Shown one piece after another: positions 26,825 through 34,368 of a DNA stretch of 39,538 nt. The DNA comes from Candidatus Izemoplasmatales bacterium (GTDB lineage: Bacteria; Bacillota_I; Bacilli_A; Izemoplasmatales; Hujiaoplasmataceae). A model generated the notes under the pieces. It saw nothing but the letters and a program-made list of their open reading frames with translations, had not been told where the DNA came from and made no database searches. The position numbers and the translations under genes are program-made. The stretch is from positions 1-39,538 of the forward strand of contig JBFXGX010000016.1 in NCBI GenBank assembly GCA_050177605.1, in the 5' to 3' direction. The number at the start of each line of letters is the position of its first letter. Position 1 is the first letter of the stretch.

Positions 26825-29744
26825 TTGACCCTCCTGTATCTAGTCCAAATTCTTTTCGTTTGGACGCAATCTCTGCGTTAATGATTTGGACATAATCATA
26901 TAAAGTTTCTCGAGGATTCGTGAGTTCGTTATAGACCTTTCTAAACGCATTATCTAAATGCCTTCCAGTCATATATCCACCAGGAACTTCTGGAATTCCA
27001 CGGACCCAGTCCCATTGTTCTTCTAATTTTGTGTATTCAGTGACCGTCCAAGGAAGTTCTGCCATTGCGGCGACATTCGCTGTTGGATATCTCGCGGCTG
27101 CGCCTAGGATTCCTTCCATCTCGCGACCAAATTGTACTTGCACTGGTGTTGAAGTCCACCATTTTAAGAATTCCCAAGCTGCTTCTTTATCTGAAGCGTC
27201 ATTCATAATCATCACGCTTGTGCCAGTGGATACTGTATCACGGCGGATATACGTTTCACCAAGTTCATTCGTATCAAGCGTTCCTGGAACTAAAACAAAG
27301 TCCCATTTCCCGCGAATTTCAGGTGCGAAAACACTTAGTGTATTATAAACATTGTAATAAGTAATCCCAATTGGCATTTGTCCGCTTCGAAAACGGTTCA
27401 CAAAATCTGCTTGAACTGGGAAACTGTAATCAGTATAAAACTGTGTCCACATTTCAAATACTTCTGGACCACGACCTAAATCAAATCCACTTCTAGTATT
27501 TCCATCGGTATAAAACTCACCATCATTTTGATAGAACAAGGTTGAGAAGATTGGATTTGGTGGTAAGTTCATCACCGATCCTTGTGTGATTGGCACTGGT
27601 AAATAAAACTCAAGATTATGTTTTTGAAGATCTGGAATTAAACGAATGACATCATCCCAAGTGCTTGGAACTTCCAGTCCTAATTCTTCAAAAATATCGG
27701 TTCTGTAGAACATCATCAAAAAGATTTGTTGTTCAGGAAGTGCATAATATCCTCCTTCATATTCGAAAGGAACCATCGCACTTTCTTTAAACCTGGATGC
27801 AGCTATGTCATAGAAATCATCAAAATTCGTTAAATCGTATACTGCACTACGCATCGCGTAATTCACTGGAATACTATTTCCGAGTCCCATCGCTACATCT
27901 GGACCTACATTTGATAATGTTGCTGGTAAAAGTGTACTTGAATTAACCAGTTTTAAATCAATTTTTATTTTTGAGTTTGGTGTAAAGGATTGGTCAATCA
28001 TCTTGCGGAGTACATTTGCTTGATCCCTACCAATCGATAACCATACTTCAACCGTCGTATTCGTTTCAAAATCATCTGTTTCGCCTAAACTAGAATAATC
28101 GGTATTAAACGTCGCAAAGAAGGATTCTATTTTATACCATAAGTTTGCGATAAAGGATGCATTCGCTAGCGGTAATTTAGTGTCGCTGCTATGCACTAAA
28201 AAGTAGTCGATTTCTAAAGGTTGTTCACTCAGTAAAATTACAAGTGTTCCTAAAGAAGAGATATTGCTATTAAACGTTGCTAGTTGTGTATGGATTTCTC
28301 TTGGCTTATCAAGAAAATCCTCTAACTGAACGATAACCGTATCAAGAATACCGGTCTTTTCACTCTTTGTCCCTGCAATATCAATAATTTCTTCTCGTAA
28401 AGCAGAAAGAATTGTATGTTGTTCTTCAATTCTTGAAATTAAATTTTCAATTCGTTCTGTGAGTTGATAATCTCGATACTGATCCGGTTCTGGACCCGTA
28501 TAGACTAAAATTTCACGATATAATTTATTGAGTGCATTAATTGATGACTGAACTTCATCAATCACACTACCATATCTACCAAGAGAAACTTCCATTTTGA
28601 AAGTATGTTCTCCTGCTTCTAAGTAAAACAGATAAGGAGTATCGGCATTTCCAAGTGTTTGAATACGCCAATTATTATCATAAACAAAAGCATAATTTTC
28701 CATTTCAGAGAAAGGTATTTGATTATCGATATAAATATTTCGGTATACATTCATCCCCGTTGCGAGACGTTGTTTGACTCGCATCGAGATTTCATATAAA
28801 CCATCTTCAGGAACTGAAAAATTCCATACAATATAATCTCCAGCAATTCTCCAGTTATTTCCACCAATGGTATTCATTTTGACAAGCTTTGGACTACTTG
28901 GATAAGTAACACTACTTGTACGATCGTTTAATGGATATAACGTTGGCGATGTGCTATATGCTAAATTCTCTGTTTGAATTGTCACTGACGCATCACTGAC
29001 GACTGACGCGTCATCATGTAAATTTTTGTATGTTTCATAATCGATGATTGAATCAACACTTTTAATCGTGATTGACTTAATCATCATTGGTTCACGAACT
29101 CCCTCAAGAGAGATCGTATTGACGCCTTGGTGAAAATAGAAGACATAAGGGTCTTCGGTGTATCCACTGGAATCATTACAAGTATCACTTAACCAAAAAG
29201 GTAATTCAACTTGACTTGGTCGGATATCATTTCCATTAATATCTTGAGCTATCGGTTCTTGATTTCCCCAAATTCGGTAAAAAGTCACATTCGAAGCACC
29301 ATCAAATGGGATTTCACCATTAATGTAAATCGCTCTTTCAATACTTGAACTTTTTCCTTCATAAGGATAATAATGAATCTCAACATTGTAATAACCTGCA
29401 ACATAGTTATAAAAATCCCAAGTCACAAAACTACTTTCATTGGTGAGATAGACATCTGTTTCACCTTCATAATAATCGAAGATTTGATTGTCTCCTGTTG
29501 CACTTAAGAAATCAAGTGCCTCAATCGTTATCTCTTCTCCAGAAGGTGTTGTTCCACCATGGAGTGCTATATACTCTTCATAATCTGAAGTATCATAAAC
29601 TGTGGTATCTTCTGATGTATCAGTCACACTATCTTCGTTTAATTCAAGTGTATCTTGAATGGTTGAAAACCATAAAGCATCAAATGTAACATAACTAAAA
29701 AAGAGGACTGTTATTATCAATAAGATTACAGAAAATTTCTTCAT
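26817..29744 (-). CDS. Oversized extracellular solute-binding protein (N-terminal beta-sandwich/CBM-like modules + family 1 SBP domain)
   Basis: 975 aa with an N-terminal anchor. Two repeated jelly-roll-like units (VTWDF..AGYYNVEIHY..IYINGEIPF and IVWNFSVPEDGLYEISMR..IYIDNQIPF). C-terminal SBP motifs GPDVA, YYALPEQQ, MFYRTDIFEELGL and AWEFLKWW. Confidence 0.85.
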   Translation of the reverse strand: MKKFSVILLIITVLFFSYVTFDALWFSTIQDTLELNEDSVTDTSEDTTVYDTSDYEEYIALHGGTTPSGEEITIEALDFLSATGDNQIFDYYEGETDVYLTNESSFVTWDFYNYVAGYYNVEIHYYPYEGKSSSIERAIYINGEIPFDGASNVTFYRIWGNQEPIAQDINGNDIRPSQVELPFWLSDTCNDSSGYTEDPYVFYFHQGVNTISLEGVREPMMIKSITIKSVDSIIDYETYKNLHDDASVVSDASVTIQTENLAYSTSPTLYPLNDRTSSVTYPSSPKLVKMNTIGGNNWRIAGDYIVWNFSVPEDGLYEISMRVKQRLATGMNVYRNIYIDNQIPFSEMENYAFVYDNNWRIQTLGNADTPYLFYLEAGEHTFKMEVSLGRYGSVIDEVQSSINALNKLYREILVYTGPEPDQYRDYQLTERIENLISRIEEQHTILSALREEIIDIAGTKSEKTGILDTVIVQLEDFLDKPREIHTQLATFNSNISSLGTLVILLSEQPLEIDYFLVHSSDTKLPLANASFIANLWYKIESFFATFNTDYSSLGETDDFETNTTVEVWLSIGRDQANVLRKMIDQSFTPNSKIKIDLKLVNSSTLLPATLSNVGPDVAMGLGNSIPVNYAMRSAVYDLTNFDDFYDIAASRFKESAMVPFEYEGGYYALPEQQIFLMMFYRTDIFEELGLEVPSTWDDVIRLIPDLQKHNLEFYLPVPITQGSVMNLPPNPIFSTLFYQNDGEFYTDGNTRSGFDLGRGPEVFEMWTQFYTDYSFPVQADFVNRFRSGQMPIGITYYNVYNTLSVFAPEIRGKWDFVLVPGTLDTNELGETYIRRDTVSTGTSVMIMNDASDKEAAWEFLKWWTSTPVQVQFGREMEGILGAAARYPTANVAAMAELPWTVTEYTKLEEQWDWVRGIPEVPGGYMTGRHLDNAFRKVYNELTNPRETLYDYVQIINAEIASKRKEFGLDTGGSNG

Positions 29745-29761
29745 CTTTTCACCTCAACAAT

Positions 29762-29793
29762 CAATACTCCCACCTAAAAAGGCGGGAATATTG
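29762..29793 (-). other. Intercistronic RNA stem-loop between the two SBP genes
   Basis: Minus-strand RNA CAAUAUUCCCGCCU-UUUU-AGGUGGGAGUAUUG forms a 14-bp stem with two G-U pairs and has no long U-tract. Confidence 0.7.
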
Positions 29794-29809
29794 TCTTCTA
29801 AATATTTCT

Positions 29810-31501
29810 TTATTCACCTAAATAATCTTCAAGCGCAGCTTCATAGATTGGTTTGATAGCATCCACAACCGTTCTTGAAGTTCCTTCTTTAATTGCAGTA
29901 TTAATATTTCTTGTCCAGCCATTTTCGCTAAATTGACTAATACCAAGAGCATTTGTAATATCTAAATAAGTATTGTCATATACAGAAAGATAAGCTTCAA
30001 CATAACTTTCTTTATCAAATTTAGTCATTAATGAAATTTCAAAAGCTTGATCAGTTTCAGCTTGTGTTTTCCAAAGTTGAATTGCATTCCAGACTCTGAA
30101 TACTAATTCTTCTTTTTCAGGAGTCATACCACTTGCAAGCGCCATAATTGCGACACTGCTAATCGGGCTAGAATATTCACCTGTAAAATCATCAGCGACA
30201 GGATAAGGAACAAATCCAAGTTCAAATGGAATGCTTCCCCAACGGTTATCGGCATTTACGAACCATAATTCTCCTGGATGCATCGCAATCTTTCCACCCA
30301 TCCAAAGAGGACTACCAGCGTCGTATTGAGGTGTTAACTCAAACAACCCTTTGCCATAAAGTGTAGTTAAAAAATCATACGTTTCAAGTGCTGGTGCTTG
30401 TGAAAAAGCAACACGACCTGTATTTTTATTGATGAGTGATCCGCCATTGAGGGGAATCATAAATTCAGCGTAATAACTTAACATACCACCAAGAGCATAC
30501 ATTTCATCTGCTTGACCATCGAGTGCTGTTTGAACAGCAGTAGCCCACGCTTCAAATGTAGTCCAATTCCATTGTCCTGCTAAGTATAAATCGGTTGGAT
30601 TCGCAACACCAAGAGAAGCTACTAAATCAGCATTATAGAATAATCCACCTGCCATCGTCGGTTTGTAAGATTCAAATCCATAAATACCACCTTGGTAAGC
30701 ACCAACATCACCATATGCATCATCAATGTTCGCACCAATCGTTGCCATATAAGGGCTCACATCTGCAATCGCATTCCCATTCACTAGTTCTTGAATCCAA
30801 TCACTAGTAATCCAATAAATATCACTTAATGGTTCTCCAGTAACGGACGCTTGAATGATTGCTTGAACACGGTCAGGTCCCCAAGCAGCACTTGAAGGAT
30901 AATTTTTGTATACGATTTTGACGTTGTATTGTTCCTCAACCAAACGTTGTAAATCTTGTCTAGCTAATTGATCAGTTCCGGAATAATCTGCATTAAACGG
31001 ATCAATTTCATAAACAGCTCCATGCATAATGACAATTTCAGTAGGTTCAATTTTTACACATTCATCGCCTACTTTTTCGTAATATAATGGACATTCCTCG
31101 TCTCCAACAACGGTAATCGTTCTTGTAGCTCTAGTTTCATGGCCATCTAAATCTTCAATAATGTAAACTAAAGTGTAAACACCAGCTGTCGCTGTGTTTA
31201 CTGAACCATTCACGACGATTTTGTCTGTTATATCGCCATCTTCAACATCAACGGCGTGAACACCATCTAATGGATCAAAAGTATCATTAAGATTAATTGT
31301 TGTGTTTTCTACACCACTTAATGTTGGTGCGTTTGTTTGCGTACCATTGATAATGCAATGACCAGCTACTAAAGTGTAGCCATCGGCACATGTCACAGTA
31401 ACATTTGTACTGGAAGTCGTCGTTGTTGTATCCGTCTCACCACACCCTACTAGTGCAACGGCAAGAAAGAGACCTACGAATAAAATAAAAAGTTTTTTCA
31501 T
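29810..31501 (-). CDS. Sugar ABC solute-binding lipoprotein with N-terminal DUF5011-like Ig domain flanked by Cys pairs
   Basis: Lipobox LVGC; APTLSGV..FDPLDGVHAVDVEDGDIT..VNTATAGVYTLVY Ig domain; SBP motifs LFYNADL, GQWNWTTF and GFVPYP. Confidence 0.88.
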   Translation of the reverse strand: MKKLFILFVGLFLAVALVGCGETDTTTTTSSTNVTVTCADGYTLVAGHCIINGTQTNAPTLSGVENTTINLNDTFDPLDGVHAVDVEDGDITDKIVVNGSVNTATAGVYTLVYIIEDLDGHETRATRTITVVGDEECPLYYEKVGDECVKIEPTEIVIMHGAVYEIDPFNADYSGTDQLARQDLQRLVEEQYNVKIVYKNYPSSAAWGPDRVQAIIQASVTGEPLSDIYWITSDWIQELVNGNAIADVSPYMATIGANIDDAYGDVGAYQGGIYGFESYKPTMAGGLFYNADLVASLGVANPTDLYLAGQWNWTTFEAWATAVQTALDGQADEMYALGGMLSYYAEFMIPLNGGSLINKNTGRVAFSQAPALETYDFLTTLYGKGLFELTPQYDAGSPLWMGGKIAMHPGELWFVNADNRWGSIPFELGFVPYPVADDFTGEYSSPISSVAIMALASGMTPEKEELVFRVWNAIQLWKTQAETDQAFEISLMTKFDKESYVEAYLSVYDNTYLDITNALGISQFSENGWTRNINTAIKEGTSRTVVDAIKPIYEAALEDYLGE

Positions 31502-31551
31502 CTTTTCTCTCCTAATAAAATTATATTTATTTCTTTTTAACTCTTAAGTCT

Positions 31552-31579
31552 ATTATACACAATAAATCTTTAGATTTAT
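31552..31579 (-). promoter_or_regulatory. Putative promoter (-10 TATAAT) and palindromic operator upstream of the transporter operon
   Basis: TATAAT on the minus strand at 31557-31552. The perfect inverted repeat ATAAATCT-TT-AGATTTAT at 31562-31579 occupies the spacer/-35 position. No consensus -35 is visible. Confidence 0.55.
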
Positions 31580-31645
31580 AGGCTTGAAAGGGCACTTTTT
31601 TCATACTTTCAATAATATAAAAATTTTTTCAGTGGTTTGAAAGCG

Positions 31646-31677
31646 AAAAAAAAACCAGTTTATTGCTAAACTGGTTT
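31646..31677 (-). terminator. Intrinsic terminator after the 846-aa surface protein gene
   Basis: AAACCAGTTTA-TTGC-TAAACTGGTTT hairpin with a U9 tract on the minus strand. Confidence 0.85.
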
Positions 31678-31684
31678 AAAACGA

Positions 31685-34225
31685 TTAGTGACGTTTTCTA
31701 AGTAAATAGAATGCTACACCAAGAATACTAACTGAAGCAAAGCTTGTGAATCCTAAGATTGATGCGGAAGCACCACATCCTGTTGTAGGTTCTTGCGCTG
31801 CTAAAGCTGCATCGATTAATGCTTGAACTTCTGCTTCATTTAAGAAAGCTCCGCCATCGATTAATGTTTGGATTTGTTCTGTTGTAACAACACCAGCATC
31901 GATTAATGCTTGAATTTCAGTAGCAGTTAAAGTTTGATCATCAAACATTGCTTGAATTTCAGCGTCTGATAAGAAGTTTCCAGCGTCAATTAAATCTTGA
32001 ACATCTGTACTAGTTAATGAATCATCAGCAACAACATCAACGTCAAATGTAACAACTGCACTGTTTCCAGTTAAGTCTTCAACAGTTACTTCTACTGTAT
32101 AAGTTCCAGGAGTACCAACAAGTAAACCACCATTATCACTTACATAAACTGCTAAATCATCTTGTGAATCAAAGTTATCAAATGCAACAACATTCGCTAA
32201 AATTGCCGCGTTAGCTGATGTATAATCACCAACTGTAATTGCATAATTATCGTTGACAACTAATAAATTAGGAGCTGTAGTATCATCTACAGTTAAAGTA
32301 TAAGTAGCTTCTGTAACGATATCATAATCAAATACTGCTTGTTGTGTTGGATCATAACTAACAGGAGCATCATATGCTAATGCGTCTGCTGCAGTATAAG
32401 GAGCACCAGTACTAACACCTACTAATAAAATGAATCCGCCATCTTCTAGTGTTACGTTGGTTAACCAATCAGTAAACATTCCAGAAGCGTCTGCAGGTGA
32501 ATTAATGCCATTAACATCAACTAATTCCCAAGTACGACGGTTGATTGTACGGATAATATTTCCATCGCCGCCAACTTCAAGAATCATACCAGCACTACTC
32601 CAAGAGAAAGTAGTTGTTTTTAAGTTTGTAACATCTGTAAAGAGAATAACTTGCGTAGCCCAGTTTGTTGATGAAGTATTTGTTAATCCATTCCATGTAA
32701 ATGTAGTTCCATCTAATACATAAGTTGGATCAATACCATCAAAATGAACATGATGAGTGAATGATAAGTTAATATCATAAACACCTGGTAATGGATAATA
32801 GAAATTGAATCCTTCAGGTAAAGTAACTTGAATAGAATCAGTTAAATCATTACCATAACCATCATTTGCAGTAATACCTTCAAGTAAGTTTACATATTCA
32901 CCTTCGTTGATATATCTGTTTTCTACGCCAGCAAATGCAGGAGGCATAACGCCGATAACGATATCAACTTCTTGTGTTGTAACATCACCAGATGGAGTTG
33001 TTACTGAATAAACAGCTTTGTAACCAGCACCGAAATCAGAAGAATCGATGACAGAAACAGCAGCACTTGGTGTATAAACTTGATTTACATCATCCCATAC
33101 AAAGTTAATTGTTTCTAAAACTTCACCATCTTGGCTAATTGCAACGCTATAATCTAAATGTTCAGTAGCATTGATAATATCGCCTGTAGTGTCATCAAAC
33201 ATATTGATCCATGTAGCAGAAACAGTATTAGGAAGATCAAATGTTCCATTGTAATCAACAACAACATTAACACCAGCTGTCACTGCGTCATCATCCATAG
33301 CAGTAATTCCAGCGAACACTGCAGGTTGATCAACATAAGACATTGTCATTGCGGCAACACCATCTGTAATCATTGCTGTAGGTAATGAAAGAATATAAGA
33401 AGTTGTTTTAGGATTTAATGTTCCACGGTCATTTGTACCAAAACTTACAACTGTCCATCCAGCAGGAACATAAACGTTATTTGGATCATCTGCAATAATT
33501 GTAGACCATTTTGTTTTGTCAAGTTCAACTGTAGTATCAACATCAGCGTTTGTCCATTTTAAGTATCCGATTGGTTCAACAACATATCCATCAGTATCAG
33601 TATCGCTTAAAGCCATACGGATATAAGTATATCTTGTTAATCCGTCTGAAGAAGGATTTCCAGAAGTAATCGTTCCAGCAGTTACTTCAGCGACATAGGC
33701 ATCAATTTCAGTTTGAGTAGCTAAGCGCCAGTCTGGAGTTTCAGTCGTACCATCATTATGAATATAATATTGGCTGACATGGTCTTCAAACATAGCAAGT
33801 GTGCCAGTTTCATCAAAATATGCATATTTACGATGTACAACATCTGTGATATCAGTACGAGCGTTAGCTGTTAAGATATCAATTTCAGAATCTGTATCGT
33901 TGATAAACATCACTGCGAATGCATTGTATTTTAATCCAGCAAGTTCATTGTCGTCTACCCATCCATCACTGTTGTCATCGATAGATTCATGACCATATCT
34001 TACGGATCCACCAATCACATAATAAGTATGTCCATAATAATTGAAACTCCAATGAGAATTCCCGACTTTTGTATAAGTACAATCAGATGTAGCTAATAAA
34101 CAAGCCTCTTGATCGTAAGGATACAAGTCGATGTTTGTTTCTTCTGCAGCTTGAACAAAATTAGAGAATGCTAAGCCGAGGAAGAATGTAAAGAATAAAA
34201 CAAAAATCGATAATAGTTTCTTCAT
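31685..34225 (-). CDS. Large secreted, C-terminally anchored acidic surface protein with Ig-like (DUF5011-like) domains, function unknown
   Basis: Signal peptide ending VQA-AEE; Ig-like segments (LLEGITANDGYGNDLT..PGVYDI and ANVVAFDNFD..PGTYTVEVTVED); helical repeats; EPTTGC + TM + RKRH. Confidence 0.8.
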   Translation of the reverse strand: MKKLLSIFVLFFTFFLGLAFSNFVQAAEETNIDLYPYDQEACLLATSDCTYTKVGNSHWSFNYYGHTYYVIGGSVRYGHESIDDNSDGWVDDNELAGLKYNAFAVMFINDTDSEIDILTANARTDITDVVHRKYAYFDETGTLAMFEDHVSQYYIHNDGTTETPDWRLATQTEIDAYVAEVTAGTITSGNPSSDGLTRYTYIRMALSDTDTDGYVVEPIGYLKWTNADVDTTVELDKTKWSTIIADDPNNVYVPAGWTVVSFGTNDRGTLNPKTTSYILSLPTAMITDGVAAMTMSYVDQPAVFAGITAMDDDAVTAGVNVVVDYNGTFDLPNTVSATWINMFDDTTGDIINATEHLDYSVAISQDGEVLETINFVWDDVNQVYTPSAAVSVIDSSDFGAGYKAVYSVTTPSGDVTTQEVDIVIGVMPPAFAGVENRYINEGEYVNLLEGITANDGYGNDLTDSIQVTLPEGFNFYYPLPGVYDINLSFTHHVHFDGIDPTYVLDGTTFTWNGLTNTSSTNWATQVILFTDVTNLKTTTFSWSSAGMILEVGGDGNIIRTINRRTWELVDVNGINSPADASGMFTDWLTNVTLEDGGFILLVGVSTGAPYTAADALAYDAPVSYDPTQQAVFDYDIVTEATYTLTVDDTTAPNLLVVNDNYAITVGDYTSANAAILANVVAFDNFDSQDDLAVYVSDNGGLLVGTPGTYTVEVTVEDLTGNSAVVTFDVDVVADDSLTSTDVQDLIDAGNFLSDAEIQAMFDDQTLTATEIQALIDAGVVTTEQIQTLIDGGAFLNEAEVQALIDAALAAQEPTTGCGASASILGFTSFASVSILGVAFYLLRKRH

Positions 34226-34262
34226 TTTTTTCTCCTTTTATATTTTATTTTTCTATAGTTGT

Positions 34263-34291
34263 ATTGTACAACCCTCTGAAAACGCTGTCAA
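34263..34291 (-). promoter_or_regulatory. Sigma-A promoter overlapped by a cre/LacI-family operator
   Basis: Minus strand TTGACA (34291-34286), 17-bp spacer, TACAAT (34268-34263). TGAAAACGCTGTCA (34277-34290) matches the cre consensus TGWNANCGNTNWCA. Confidence 0.75.
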
Positions 34292-34368
34292 TTCTCACTG
34301 GTAGAATTTCAGCGATTAAAGCCATTCTTACGTTTTTAGAAACTTTTTTTCATAAAACCATTCTATTT

